Below are positions 1-10,643 of a stretch of 64,000 nucleotides of DNA, piece by piece (position 1 is the first letter of the stretch; every line of letters begins with the position of its first letter). A model generated the notes under the pieces. It saw only the letters and a list, made by a program, of their open reading frames with translations, was not told where the DNA came from and searched no databases. A program made the translations under genes and the position numbers. The stretch lies in IMG/VR virus record IMGVR_UViG_3300043398_000057. One strand, 5' to 3'. Source of the DNA: a virus.

Positions 1-1105
1 TTTGTAGCTTTGATTTGATTTGTGATGCACGTTGTTTGATAGAGTTTGACTCGGTGCTGATCATCTGAAGTTGCTGAATCAGGTTTGTGGATTCTTGGCG
101 AAGGTCGGCTGGTTCAACAAGAACACCAAAGTTTTCAATCTTGTCGAGCGTCTTAGCGAGTTTGTCTTTCGCCCCAACAATACATTCTTCAGCATGTGCA
201 ATTGTTCGGTCAACCTTTTCACCGGAAATAGAACTTGAACATGTTGGACAAACACCAGCGATCTTCTTCTTTTTCTCAGCGTCTTCAATTTCTTGCTTGT
301 ATTTGATAACCGAATTCTTGAGATTTTGCAGTTCTCGTTCACGGTCATAGTACGCATCAAGTTGTTCCTTGATTTTCTGACTTTGTTCGGTCAGCTTTTC
401 ATAGGGTTCGGTGACTTCCTGATACTTCAGACGACACTCTTCCAACTCATTGGTAAGTGTGGTCTTTTGATCACCAAGCATTTCACTGATGGTTTCGACA
501 GTCTTGGTAGCGAGTTGGAACTTTTCTTTCAGGGCTTCATAGTTGTTTTGCATTGTCTGCAAATTCTTCTGAGCGTCCTTATATTCCTTGGCGTGAATAT
601 CCTTCATCATCGTGAGAATACCAAGGTCAATGATTTCGTCAACAAATGACCGGCGTTCGGCAGCTTTCATCATCATGAACGGTTGATAGTTTTCAACGCT
701 GATCATGACGGTTCGGATGAAGTGCTTGTAGTCGCAACCAATCACGCTATCGAGGTATGTCTGATAGTCGCCAACGCGCGTTTGGTCAAGCAAAACGCCA
801 TCTTCATAGATTTCAAAGATGTTAGGCTTGATGCCACGGACAACACGATATTCAATTGTTCCGCGATTGAACTCGATTTCGGTGACGCAATTCTTGTTGT
901 TGATGGTGTTGACAATCTGAGGCTTGTTAAGTTCCTTGATAGGCTTACCGAACAGCGCAAACACAACAGCCGAAACCAGTGTTGACTTGCCAGCACCATT
1001 TTTACCAACAATCAAGAACTTTCCGTGCTGAAAATCAAACTCAATCTCAGCGTTACCGGTAGAAAAGAAGTTCTTGTACTTGACTTTCTTGAAATTTACG
1101 ATCAT
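1..1105 (-). CDS. 46: gp46 recombination endonuclease, Rad50/SbcC-like ATPase subunit (3' end runs off window)
   Basis: Manual translation: MIVNFKKVKYKNFFSTGN, Walker A GKNGAGKST, coiled coil, Zn-hook CPTC; ATG overlaps the gp47 stop. Confidence 0.92.
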   Translation of the reverse strand, partial: MIVNFKKVKYKNFFSTGNAEIEFDFQHGKFLIVGKNGAGKSTLVSAVVFALFGKPIKELNKPQIVNTINNKNCVTEIEFNRGTIEYRVVRGIKPNIFEIYEDGVLLDQTRVGDYQTYLDSVIGCDYKHFIRTVMISVENYQPFMMMKAAERRSFVDEIIDLGILTMMKDIHAKEYKDAQKNLQTMQNNYEALKEKFQLATKTVETISEMLGDQKTTLTNELEECRLKYQEVTEPYEKLTEQSQKIKEQLDAYYDRERELQNLKNSVIKYKQEIEDAEKKKKIAGVCPTCSSSISGEKVDRTIAHAEECIVGAKDKLAKTLDKIENFGVLVEPADLRQESTNLIQQLQMISTESNSIKQRASQIKSKLQ

Positions 1106-2184
1106 TGTGGTGTAGTCTCCGCAACAGTTTTGAGTCTATTCAACTCGTTCATGATTTTTTCCTTGTCGAAATCGGTGTCCATCTTCTGAACAAAGTTGCT
1201 CATGATGGTGTCAATGTCCGAGTCTACCACAGTTGGCGCGGGCGTTTGTTCTTCACCGTCTTCAGTTTCGGTGACAACCTCAGTCTTAACGAATACCGTT
1301 TTATCGATGGTGTTCACAGTGTGAGGATTGGCCTTAGCGACAGCATCCATGTACTTGTTGAAAGTCTTCATGTTGGTGCGCTTTTTGATGATGATGCGAA
1401 CCTTTTTTCCGGCAATTTCGCCAATCTCGTTCTTTTCATCTTCATGGTAGTCAAGACTCACATGAACCTTGTTCGGGTTCTCGATACGCGCGATCTTACC
1501 CGTTTCGGTATCGAGCACTTCAAAGCCCCGGGAACAGCCGTAATCGGCCCATGTCAGTTCGTAAGGTGTGCCGACATACCGAACGTTGTCCTTGGTGCTT
1601 GGTTCGTGATAGTGCCCGCTAAACACGGTCTTGAACTTATCGAAAATTTCGGTATGGTTCAAACCATGGGTCGCATTTCGACCCTTGTAAAGTGGGAAGT
1701 CGTTAAACTCGAAGTGACCGACACAATACTTCTTTTCAGTCTCATTCAGAAACTTCATCATCGAGTCATGATTGGTCTGATTGATCCATGGAACAATGGC
1801 GAAACTACCCCATTCGATAGGTTCATTATCGACCACAACAAAGTGTTCATTATCGGGAACAATCGAACGAATCGCGTTAACTCGATTAGTGTTCTTATAG
1901 GTCGAATCATGGTTGCCACACAGAATGACACACTTCATACCATATTCAACAATCTTCTCGAAAAAGAAACTTTGAACACTCATTACACTTTCATAACTTG
2001 CGCCCTTTGGACGGTCGAACAAGTCACCAGTTTGAATGATGTGATAAATCTTGTTCTTGATCAGTGTCGGGAAAAACACATCATCAAAAAACTGTTTCTG
2101 GTACTGCATGTAATACAAATCACCATTACCAATATCAAAGTGGGTGTCACCCAAAATCGCAATACGCATTATCAGTTTCTCCAA
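1102..2184 (-). CDS. 47: gp47 recombination endonuclease, Mre11/SbcD-like subunit
   Basis: GDTHF, TGDLFD, GNHD, GHFE, SGHYH, YVGTPYELTW motifs; adjacent to gp46. Confidence 0.93.
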   Translation of the reverse strand: MEKLIMRIAILGDTHFDIGNGDLYYMQYQKQFFDDVFFPTLIKNKIYHIIQTGDLFDRPKGASYESVMSVQSFFFEKIVEYGMKCVILCGNHDSTYKNTNRVNAIRSIVPDNEHFVVVDNEPIEWGSFAIVPWINQTNHDSMMKFLNETEKKYCVGHFEFNDFPLYKGRNATHGLNHTEIFDKFKTVFSGHYHEPSTKDNVRYVGTPYELTWADYGCSRGFEVLDTETGKIARIENPNKVHVSLDYHEDEKNEIGEIAGKKVRIIIKKRTNMKTFNKYMDAVAKANPHTVNTIDKTVFVKTEVVTETEDGEEQTPAPTVVDSDIDTIMSNFVQKMDTDFDKEKIMNELNRLKTVAETTPQ

Positions 2185-2447
2185 GTTGCTTTGGCTTCAA
2201 CTTCAGCAAATGTTGTTTGCTCAATTTCAATGAGTTGATCCAAGAAATGATTCGCCAGTTTAACCCACAATTCGCACGCAAGACCTGCATGAACAACTCT
2301 ATCAATCTTTTCCAGAACATTCAGTGCAGTGAAATCCCAATCGTTTGTTTCCTTGAAAAACTTCGTGATAACGGGTTCACACAATTCTTCAGGTGCTGTG
2401 CGCAGAAGTTCAACAGTTTGGGCGATATCGCCAGTAAATTTCAACAT
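2172..2447 (-). CDS. hypothetical protein
   Basis: 91-aa ORF in operon orientation with GGAG RBS. Confidence 0.6.
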   Translation of the reverse strand: MLKFTGDIAQTVELLRTAPEELCEPVITKFFKETNDWDFTALNVLEKIDRVVHAGLACELWVKLANHFLDQLIEIEQTTFAEVEAKATWRN

Positions 2448-2535
2448 CGTATCTCCAATGAAAAATGCGGGAAATGATAGAATGTGATCAGTTTACCACA
2501 CCTACCATACTTCCCGCATTCGTGTTACAAATTTC

Positions 2536-2763
2536 TCAGTCGAGGTACTTCAGAAGGTCGTTGTAACCGCCAATGTGGGTTTCGCCAATGAAAATCTGAG
2601 GCATGGAACGATACCCACCCTCACTGATGAAACGCATAGCGTCAACGTCTTCGTCAATCGAGCGAACATCAATGGTATAACCCTTGCTTTCCAGAAGCAT
2701 CTTGGCTTTCTTGCAGTTGGCACAGTTGTTCATGGAATAGAGGACAACATTACTTGCAGTCAT
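2536..2763 (-). CDS. glutaredoxin (NrdH/NrdC-like)
   Basis: CANC active site, RSMPQIF, HIGGY. Confidence 0.9.
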   Translation of the reverse strand: MTASNVVLYSMNNCANCKKAKMLLESKGYTIDVRSIDEDVDAMRFISEGGYRSMPQIFIGETHIGGYNDLLKYLD

Positions 2764-3078
2764 TTAGAATCCTTTCGTTATCTTTTTGTTGATGCGGGTG
2801 AAAACCGGAATTTTACTAATCCAGTGGTGAAACTTTAGTTGCTTTTCCAGACCGGGCAACTTGTCTTGATTGACCGAAACCGATTCTGTCATGAAAGGGT
2901 TATCGGTTGTTAGGAAGATCGTGATTTGGTTTTCCTTTGTTGGAATGTATGATAACTGATGGGCAAAATAGTCCATCCAATTATCAACTTCCATCGGGGC
3001 CTTTTCTTGCGTTGCAATTACCTGAACCGGTTCAGGCTTTTCTTCAACCTCTTCAGAAAAGAAATCGGCCAAAGTCAT
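2764..3078 (-). CDS. hypothetical protein
   Basis: 104-aa ORF tightly coupled to neighbours. Confidence 0.6.
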   Translation of the reverse strand: MTLADFFSEEVEEKPEPVQVIATQEKAPMEVDNWMDYFAHQLSYIPTKENQITIFLTTDNPFMTESVSVNQDKLPGLEKQLKFHHWISKIPVFTRINKKITKGF

Positions 3079-3317
3079 CCCAAAAACTCCGTCAACGTGA
3101 TGCCACGCTTGATGTAACCAAGTTCTTGAAAGTTTACCTCAAGTTTTTCCTTGATTGCCTGAGACATGAACTTTTTAATGTCTTCAGGGTCGGTGTCGTA
3201 TTCCTCACAGAATTTCAACACCGCATCAATGTAAGAAAGTTCATCATGGATGACATAGTTTTCAATGATTACCGAAAACTTGCTTGGTGTCATGATTGAA
3301 TCGTGATCACTGCTCAT
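3075..3317 (-). CDS. 33: gp33 late-promoter transcription co-activator
   Basis: FSVIIENYV..SYIDAVLKFCEE..IKEKL pattern; start set at MSSDH. Confidence 0.75.
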   Translation of the reverse strand: MSSDHDSIMTPSKFSVIIENYVIHDELSYIDAVLKFCEEYDTDPEDIKKFMSQAIKEKLEVNFQELGYIKRGITLTEFLG

Positions 3318-3795
3318 TGTCAATCCTCTCGAAACCGCGTTCGGGGAACACACGACAGAAGTATTCAAACGTGATGTTCGGGTAAACTTCAGGTAGAGAC
3401 TTTTTGTAACATGCGTACACAAATTCGGCTTCACTCTTTGGCATGGTTTCGAGGTAATGCACAAAGTGCATATCATTGTGCAACTTGGCGAAACCTGTAT
3501 TTGGTGCAGAGGTCAGCGACTTACCCATTCTACGCCAGAAGTAAGTGAACGTGTTGTCGGCCAAAACTTCATCATGAGGAAAAGGCTTGTAGGTCAGGTC
3601 ATCACTGAGATTCCACCATGTGAATCCCATGAAGCTGTATTCCACAAGATCAATGGCCCATGGGTGAAGTTGTCGAATCATCGACGAATGCGGGTTCTTC
3701 GCAATATCCTCATTGACTTTGCGAAGTTGTTCACCTACAGTTGTATAACCGTTTAGCATGGCTTGCGCCCTTTCATATTGTGACTCAAAATTCAT
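3307..3795 (-). CDS. conserved T4-like hypothetical protein
   Basis: 162-aa ORF between rnh and gp33. Confidence 0.6.
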   Translation of the reverse strand: MNFESQYERAQAMLNGYTTVGEQLRKVNEDIAKNPHSSMIRQLHPWAIDLVEYSFMGFTWWNLSDDLTYKPFPHDEVLADNTFTYFWRRMGKSLTSAPNTGFAKLHNDMHFVHYLETMPKSEAEFVYACYKKSLPEVYPNITFEYFCRVFPERGFERIDNEQ

Positions 3796-4702
3796 TGATG
3801 TTCCCCATAAAGTTGTCCAGACCCATGGTGACGAAAAAGTTCATCATTTTCATGGTGTTTTTCTTCTTTCCTTGATGTGAGGTGTACTGGTTCACGATTC
3901 TCTCACGAATCGACACGGGAATCTTGGCGAAGTCTACCAAAATTTGATTTCTCATGAACCTTTGCTTCTGAATATCGTCTTCAAAAGGTAGTGGTTCACC
4001 AGCCATCATCTTTTCATAGAAGGTGTCGATCAACTTTTGTGAAACTGGTGGTTGTCGCTTTTCCTTTGTAACAAACTGATCATCAGGGGACTTGAAATTC
4101 GGAACACCGTCACCTTCATCACCTTTCATGATCTTTGTCAACAAATCAAGTTTTGGGCGTTCAGAAACAATCATGGTGTCGTCACGCTTTGAGTATTGCT
4201 GAACATTTTCGTGAACTTGCAGAGACTTGTAATCATGGTCAGAAGACACGATCAAGATAGATTCAGATTGCTCGAACACACCGCGCATTTGAACCGTGTT
4301 TTTGGTGATATAACGGGTCAAAACGCCGATACCATCATCAGCTTCAGCCTTGTCATCTCGAATCGCAATCCATGGAAGATACTCATTCACATCATCATGA
4401 AATTCATTCAGGTACTGATTGAACAGATTCCAATTGATTGCTTCCGTCTTGCGCTTTTCTTTTCTGGCAGATTTGTAATACTCGAAAACATCGTTACGCC
4501 AAGTGTTGCTACCATCAACACACATAACAATTTGTCCGAAGTCTTTTGAAAACTTTCGGTTGACGTTAAGCATTTGACTCAAGATGTGACCATAGAGGTA
4601 TTTCTTGGTTTCATCATCAGGTTTACAGAACGATGCCTTTAGGTATGGGTCAGCGTGTAGACTCGCAACCGCTAGACCGTTGGTGTCCACAAGAATTGTC
4701 AT
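3785..4702 (-). CDS. rnh: T4-type RNase H (5'-3' exonuclease)
   Basis: WR..F..YK..R, EADD, SSDHD, GDEGDGVPN motifs. Confidence 0.9.
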   Translation of the reverse strand: MTILVDTNGLAVASLHADPYLKASFCKPDDETKKYLYGHILSQMLNVNRKFSKDFGQIVMCVDGSNTWRNDVFEYYKSARKEKRKTEAINWNLFNQYLNEFHDDVNEYLPWIAIRDDKAEADDGIGVLTRYITKNTVQMRGVFEQSESILIVSSDHDYKSLQVHENVQQYSKRDDTMIVSERPKLDLLTKIMKGDEGDGVPNFKSPDDQFVTKEKRQPPVSQKLIDTFYEKMMAGEPLPFEDDIQKQRFMRNQILVDFAKIPVSIRERIVNQYTSHQGKKKNTMKMMNFFVTMGLDNFMGNINEF

Positions 4703-5037
4703 TTTGGCGTGATCCCCAAAGCCTTGTCAGACTTGTTCATGTGATACTTTTGCAAAATGAACAGCAAGCAGCAAATCGCATGGGCGGCATGGTGCTTACC
4801 AGATTCTTCATCAAGTTCGATACCATCCAACATATCAAGAATGTGACGCAAAACAGCGTCATCATAACGATAGTCTTCAACGTTCATGTAGTTGCCACGG
4901 GCGTACTTTGCTGCACCCATTTCAAGCACATCAATAACGTCACGAAATGCCGCGATGAGGTCTTTCAGAATCTATGTGGGGCGAGGCTTGCCGCCATCAA
5001 ATTTAATGCCACCAAGCTCGTTCTTAGGCGTTTCCAT
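4699..5037 (-). CDS. dATP/dGTP diphosphohydrolase-domain protein (DUF5664-like), one in-frame TAG
   Basis: GIKFDGGKPRPT*ILKD..GAAKYARGNY..DAVLRH..ESGKHHAAHAICC; TAG at 4972-4974. Confidence 0.8.
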
Positions 5038-5047
5038 GGTCTTCCTT

Positions 5048-5605
5048 TCAGAAAATTGATCCCTTGAATGTCCGACACAGAATGTCGGCTTGCGCTTTCA
5101 CATGCGCAACGGGATCGTTTGGGTTGTTGTATTGATCTTGCTTCACTTTGTTGACATTGATGCCAGCCAGTGATGTAATCGTGAGCATATCATGAAACCG
5201 GTAAAATGGTGCAGGTTCAGCCAAACCCAAGATTCGATATGCGGTCAAGATTTGACCTGCATGAGCATGTGAACCATGCGTCCAGATGCAAGGATTCTTG
5301 AACTGACTGACCCATGAGGTGAAATCGACCAAAACCTGAATGAGTTTTCTTGGATTGGTTTTCAGAAACTTTTTGTATTCAGGGTCGAAACTCTTCCAGT
5401 ATTCGATAGTCTCAGGGTCAAAGTGAAAAACCGAACGATCAATACTTCGAGGGTCAACAGCCGCAACAAAACAATCATCACTGATCGAATTCATTGTAAA
5501 GTGACACGCTGCAATATGCGCAATCGCGGCATTACCAAGCAACGAATATGTGTCAACCTTCAGCATTACATGATCTTGTTTTTCATCCATTCTGTAATTC
5601 CTCAA
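5048..5605 (-). CDS. DexA/DUF5051-like 3'-5' exonuclease fold protein, catalytic residues degenerate
   Basis: Overall layout (T..YW, IWTHG, RFHDMLT, D..AHVKAQA) matches the family; DxE motif replaced by KVD. Confidence 0.55.
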   Translation of the reverse strand: MRNYRMDEKQDHVMLKVDTYSLLGNAAIAHIAACHFTMNSISDDCFVAAVDPRSIDRSVFHFDPETIEYWKSFDPEYKKFLKTNPRKLIQVLVDFTSWVSQFKNPCIWTHGSHAHAGQILTAYRILGLAEPAPFYRFHDMLTITSLAGINVNKVKQDQYNNPNDPVAHVKAQADILCRTFKGSIF

Positions 5606-6063
5606 TAAAAATCTTCATCATCAGGGGCCACATAAAAGTATTCATGTGGGTCACACTCATACAAAATTGCTTGGAACACTGCGATTCTATCATCTTTTCC
5701 CTTCAGATTGAGGTACTTGCATGTCTGGTTTGCCAGCACGAAACGGTTGTAGAACTTCTGCGATGTGGTTACGATAAGATTCACATCATCAAAATTTCGG
5801 AATGTGACGAAAATCATTTCTTCATCCCATTCCTTCGCGTGTTCATAATCGTGATCCGTACCAATCGGATAGTCGTAATCATCATCCAGAACAGAATCTT
5901 GAAATTCTTCAAACTTGTCTTCTTTGACAAGCACCAAAATGTCGGTGTCGCTTTCTTCAATCGGTGGCGGTGGACTCACCGATGTTTGAGAACCTACAGC
6001 AGAGATTTGAATGATGTATTCACCGTGTTTCTCAAGAATTTCCTTCATGTAAATTTCATGCAT
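5602..6063 (-). CDS. putative minimal nucleotidyltransferase
   Basis: VGS...SDTDILVLV pol-beta-like motif and NLIVT strand. Confidence 0.55.
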   Translation of the reverse strand: MHEIYMKEILEKHGEYIIQISAVGSQTSVSPPPPIEESDTDILVLVKEDKFEEFQDSVLDDDYDYPIGTDHDYEHAKEWDEEMIFVTFRNFDDVNLIVTTSQKFYNRFVLANQTCKYLNLKGKDDRIAVFQAILYECDPHEYFYVAPDDEDFY

Positions 6064-6074
6064 ATATCAACCTT

Positions 6075-6722
6075 TCAACGTGCCGGGTAGTCTTGAATGA
6101 GTTCTTGGATGAAACCGAACCATTCACTGTTGTTCTCCATTTTGTAGTGACGCGAGAAATCATGAGAAACAATCGGCATCGCATAAGCGGTTAGCGAATA
6201 CATGTCCGCACGATTGCGCCATTCGTCAATGTTTCCCTTATGGTCATCAACCAAAACTGTGTTTGAGTCACAGTAGTATTTCTTATCGGTGTTCTTTGAA
6301 ACAAAAACAACATCATCGAAGAAATCTTTGGTGTTGCCATACTGTGCATCCAACCATCGCAGTTTTTCTTGCATGATGATAATGGATGTGCTGCCACTTT
6401 GACCGGCAAGCGAAGTCAGGATTCGGTTCTTACCACCATGAGACTTGTTCAACAACATCAAAGTCATGATGGTTTTCATCAGAGGTGAAGGTTCAAGTTT
6501 CAGGAAAAGTTCATTGTTGCGAACCTCGTTTGTGTACCAATCTTCAAATTCTAGAACCCCTGCAACTTGCGTGTGAAAGTTCGCGAGGTTGCGAGGGGTC
6601 ATGTAGTTTTTGTGAACGTACTCGAACCATTGCGCTTGTACGTCATCCATGTCCCAATAAATTGTCAATGCCATTGAAAGCCTTTCATAAAGTAAAAAGG
6701 GAACCGTTGTTGGTTCCCTCAT
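6075..6722 (-). CDS. HAD-family 5'(3')-deoxyribonucleotidase
   Basis: IYWDMDDV, ILTS, K..W, LVDD..NI.EW; start may be the internal MALTIY. Confidence 0.75.
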   Translation of the reverse strand: MREPTTVPFLLYERLSMALTIYWDMDDVQAQWFEYVHKNYMTPRNLANFHTQVAGVLEFEDWYTNEVRNNELFLKLEPSPLMKTIMTLMLLNKSHGGKNRILTSLAGQSGSTSIIIMQEKLRWLDAQYGNTKDFFDDVVFVSKNTDKKYYCDSNTVLVDDHKGNIDEWRNRADMYSLTAYAMPIVSHDFSRHYKMENNSEWFGFIQELIQDYPAR

Positions 6723-6744
6723 TGTAGCACAAGTTCAGAAGATT

Positions 6745-7512
6745 TTACTTGGCGCGTCCATATTTTGCGGTCAAGTAAGCCTTCACGAAACCAGAACGAA
6801 CAATGTCATCAAGACCGAAATCAATGAAGTATGTCCCGGGTGTGCGGCGCAGAATCGGGATGATGTGCATGAAACCAGACTTGTTACCAAGATCGTTTTG
6901 AATGTCATCACCACAAATGATCATTCGAGTTTCATCACCAATGCGGGTGATACAGGTTTCACCTTCAACTTCAGTAGCGTTTTGAATTTCGTCAACGATG
7001 ATGATGGCGTTATCGAACGTGTTACCACGCAAGAATGAGGTGCACTCAAATTCGATCTTACCAAGTTCCTTCAGATTGTCGTAAGAGTTGCGGAACTTGA
7101 ACAGTTTATCACAGATTGCACGATAGGGTGCTTCATATGGCGCAATCTTGTCTTCCATCTCACCGGGCAAGAAACCGATTTCGCGAGATGGCACAACTGA
7201 GCGAAGAATCACGATCTTTTCATATGGTGTTTCAGGATCAAGAACTTCCTTCAGTGCCATGTACATTGCCAAGAAAGTTTTACCGGTACCGGCATAGCCC
7301 AACATGGACAAAACTTGAATCTTTTCGGAATTGAATGCACTAAATGCTTCTGATTGATGTTCGGTCAAAGCATCAATATACTTGAGGTCTTTCAATGTAA
7401 ATGTCTTTTTGATTTGTGGTTTGACAGGTACCACAACATCCTCAAAAATTTGAGATTCTGTCTTTTTTCTACGGGCAGTTTTGGTAGCGAAGCGTTGTGC
7501 AGACTTTGACAA
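6745..7512 (-). CDS. phoH: PhoH-like ATPase
   Basis: GYAGTGKT, IGFLPG, FLRGNTF, DEIQN, CGD..Q.D, DIVRS. Confidence 0.93.
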   Translation of the reverse strand: MSKSAQRFATKTARRKKTESQIFEDVVVPVKPQIKKTFTLKDLKYIDALTEHQSEAFSAFNSEKIQVLSMLGYAGTGKTFLAMYMALKEVLDPETPYEKIVILRSVVPSREIGFLPGEMEDKIAPYEAPYRAICDKLFKFRNSYDNLKELGKIEFECTSFLRGNTFDNAIIIVDEIQNATEVEGETCITRIGDETRMIICGDDIQNDLGNKSGFMHIIPILRRTPGTYFIDFGLDDIVRSGFVKAYLTAKYGRAK

Positions 7513-7535
7513 GGTTTGTTCTCCTTGATTCAGTT

Positions 7536-7563
7536 AAAGAAAAGCCCCAACGATGCGGGGCTT
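7536..7563 (-). terminator. intrinsic terminator
   Basis: AAGCCCC..GGGGCTT stem followed by T-rich run on minus strand. Confidence 0.65.
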
Positions 7564-7571
7564 ACGGGAAC

Positions 7572-7832
7572 TCAGGAATTCAGTGCGCTAGAGGTCTTAT
7601 CGAGGGTCGAACCCGGGCAGTTTGCGTGCATGTGCTTTAGCACATCCTTGAAACCATCGGGAACCTTCAGACCACCAGAACCGGCCACAATTTTGATAGG
7701 CGTCACAGTCTTGAAAATTTTTCCACCACACTTTTGGCAAGGTGTTTCACAAGGCTTTTCTCGGTTTGAAATTGATTGCAGATCATCAAAAACATTGTCA
7801 CATGATTCACATGCATAGGTGTACAGCGGCAT
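7572..7832 (-). CDS. FmdB-family zinc-ribbon protein
   Basis: MPLYTYACESC...PCQKCG. Confidence 0.85.
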   Translation of the reverse strand: MPLYTYACESCDNVFDDLQSISNREKPCETPCQKCGGKIFKTVTPIKIVAGSGGLKVPDGFKDVLKHMHANCPGSTLDKTSSALNS

Positions 7833-9394
7833 TAACTCTTTCTCCATTTTCCATTGATGATTGTAACCAATTGTCGCTTTCCGTTGTTGTGGATAATGCA
7901 GTTTGTATGTAACCAGCTTGATGGGCCAGTCAAATACTCCAAATCCATTCTACTTAGAGTGCCAACTTGGAAACAACCATTTTGAATACCGGGGGTATGC
8001 GAGTGACCGATAATCAGTTTATCACCAATCTTAGCCAGATTTTGAATACTGCCTCTCGCACCATTGGGACCACTGTGACCATGAAGACCACATTCGATAC
8101 CAGCGATATTCACAGAACCATTTGAGAATTCGATGTTGCCACAAATTCCCTTAGATTCCCAAAGAGTGTCACGGAAAATTTCAAATGCAGACTGCGACTT
8201 ACCAGTTTTCTCAATTTGCTGAAGTTTTGTGTACATCAGGTAATGGTAGATTTTCGCATTCACATAGTCATTTCGAATGTCAGCACTATTCAACCACTGC
8301 TCAACATGGTCATGGTGATTCGATGAAACGATAATGGATTTTGAGAATCTTGGCGTTGTCATTGCAAGATGATCCAAAGTCAGTCGCATTTCTCGTTCAA
8401 TCGAATTCATTCCAGAACTCATGTTCTTGGTGAACCGGGTGAAGAAATCATTGTTGTGCCACTTGGAAACACTGTAGGAATCCAGAACATCATGGCGAAC
8501 AATGACTTGAGGTTTCAGAACGTTCACCATAGATTTCTTATCGAAGAACGTTGCATCAGCGGCCTTTTCATCTGAGAACAAAACGTGTTCATCACCACAG
8601 ACCAATGCGGCAACACTACACTTCGAACCATTGCTTGTTTCATCCCATCGTTCATCAAGGTCATAGAACCCGCCTGTATGGTCAGCAAACAGTTGTCGAA
8701 GGTGGAAGGTACTACCTTCATCAAATTCGATTGCAACAGCCGCAAAACAATGATGGAAAGAGGCTTGATAACCAGCCTTTGATGCCGAATAGTTGTTCTT
8801 GGATGAAATACTACCAGTTGAATGTAGAATGATAGGTTCATTCCATGGATTCACCGGCAGAGACTTCATCTGAACAACCGAATGCCCGACGATTGTTGTA
8901 ATACCTTCACACAGCTTATCAATACCGGTCAGAGGGTGGGTTGCGGTCGCTTGAATGTTGCAATCGCCAATGATCTTGAACTTATCTTTCCATCGAACAG
9001 TTGTATCAAGAAAATACTTTGTGGCGCGGGTAGGCCAAGTTTTACCACCATCCTTGTGCATGGCGGAAGGGTTTTGATACTTGATAGGAATCACAAACAG
9101 TTTGAAGTTTTTGCGTTTGCAAAACTTCTCAAGGTTTGTCAAAAAGCTATCATTGATGGGCGTGTCATTGATGCAAGATGTTACAACAATACCACGATAA
9201 GAAGGATAAGCATACTCAAAGTCAACAGAGGGAAGAATCGGGTTAGATTTGTTTGCAACTTCTCGAACAAACTTCTTATCGCTTTTTGTGACATGGTTAC
9301 ATTCCTCACATTCATAGTGGTGCTAACTTTTCTTACCGGCGAACCGTGGGCCGATATATCGTGTTTTGTATGATCCACAACTTTCACACTTCAT
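7832..9394 (-). CDS. T5 A1-like metallophosphoesterase/nuclease with N-terminal Zn ribbon, one in-frame TAG
   Basis: GDEH, HDVLD, SNHH, HGHSGPNGARG, GHSHTP, GPSSW; N-terminal CESC..CEEC reached through TAG at 9323-9325. Confidence 0.65.
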
Positions 9395-9457
9395 CTAGTA
9401 TTTCCTTTACACACGATTAAGAACCAAAGGGGCCGAAGCCCCATTCATAGGTATCTA

Positions 9458-9715
9458 TCAGTCCTGATACAGACAAATCAATCGATAACGATTGTAGGTA
9501 ACACGACGACCCGAACGAACCTTGGTTACCGGTTCAGAAATAATGTTGAAACCATCAACAATGCAACGCTTTCGCAGACGACAAATTTCAGCGGTGGGCT
9601 TTTCAATCTTGAACTGTGCCCGAATCTGTGCAGAGGTAAGGGGTCGATCCTTCAGTGCCAGATACAGGCGTTCGATCTTTGCAGTCTTCTTAACGGTCTT
9701 GGTTGTCTTGGTCAT
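9458..9715 (-). CDS. small basic putative HTH protein
   Basis: LTSAQIRAQF..PTAEICRLR wHTH-like pattern. Confidence 0.5.
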   Translation of the reverse strand: MTKTTKTVKKTAKIERLYLALKDRPLTSAQIRAQFKIEKPTAEICRLRKRCIVDGFNIISEPVTKVRSGRRVTYNRYRLICLYQD

Positions 9716-10146
9716 GTAGATTTCCTTCTATAAGTTTTGTAATCGATGCCAGCTTCGATAAGCATCGAGATTGAAAAATCAGGGTTCCAACGTTCGGCAA
9801 ACTCTGGTTCGGGCTCATACCACACAACGCGAGAAATGCCACTCTGAATCAGCATCGATGTGCAGTTTGAACATGGTGGATGGGTGATATAGATTGTAGC
9901 ACCCTCAACCGATGTTCTTGCAGTGAGTCTAGCATTCAATTCAGCATGAATTACGGTCTTGTATTTGATTTCTCGGGTTTCAAGATACCTTTCATCATCT
10001 AACCCGGATGGAATACCGTTGAAACCCTATGAAATGATTCGGTTATCCTTGACAATGGTAGAACCAACTTGTGTTGAAGGGTCTTTCGACCACGACGACA
10101 CAAGTTGTGCCATCTCAAGATACCGTCTATCCCACTTTTCAGACAT
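9712..10146 (-). CDS. cd: dCMP deaminase, one in-frame TAG
   Basis: WSKDPSTQVG..IIS*GFNG..HAELNA..PPCSNC; TAG at 10027-10029. Confidence 0.9.
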
Positions 10147-10642
10147 TATCAAACGTGTGAACAAAGGGCTTCAGGTCGGGTGGAGTCCAGCCTTCAGGCT
10201 TGAGAATCTTACCGTCTTCACGCTTGATGCAAACACCGGTTGTCGGATCGATCTTAGCCAGATTGGAACGGGCAACCTCACGCCAAGCACCATCGAAGTC
10301 CCAATTCATGCGTTGACAATGATCAGTTGCAAACGTCATGAAATTAAAGAATTCCTTGACATTTTCATTTTCCGACATAACAATGTCGGTGTAGTCATTA
10401 CCCTCAGAAACGAACTTACCAATCCATACCCATGCGGTATCACACAGACCATCAAGGTGTTCGACATAGTTTTCAAAAGTTGGTGCGCCAGAAGCAGCAG
10501 CAGCAGTTTCTTGTTGTTCTTCGGTGATCAACTTTTCATACAGTTGAACTTGTTCAGGGTTGTTCACATCAATGGTCTGACCAGCGGCAGACATGAAAGT
10601 GACAACATCGGAAAACATATCAATCAGAGTCAGTTCACTCAT
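10139..10642 (-). CDS. MazG-like NTP pyrophosphohydrolase
   Basis: LITEE..E, DGLCD, EVARSNLAK, REDGKILKPEGW. Confidence 0.85.
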   Translation of the reverse strand: MSELTLIDMFSDVVTFMSAAGQTIDVNNPEQVQLYEKLITEEQQETAAAASGAPTFENYVEHLDGLCDTAWVWIGKFVSEGNDYTDIVMSENENVKEFFNFMTFATDHCQRMNWDFDGAWREVARSNLAKIDPTTGVCIKREDGKILKPEGWTPPDLKPFVHTFDNV

Positions 10643-10643
10643 T

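Noticed and set aside
4699-5037. 2-aminoadenine (Z-genome) pathway inferred from DUF5664
   Set aside because: No purZ or datZ in this window, and DUF5664 occurs in many phages without that pathway.
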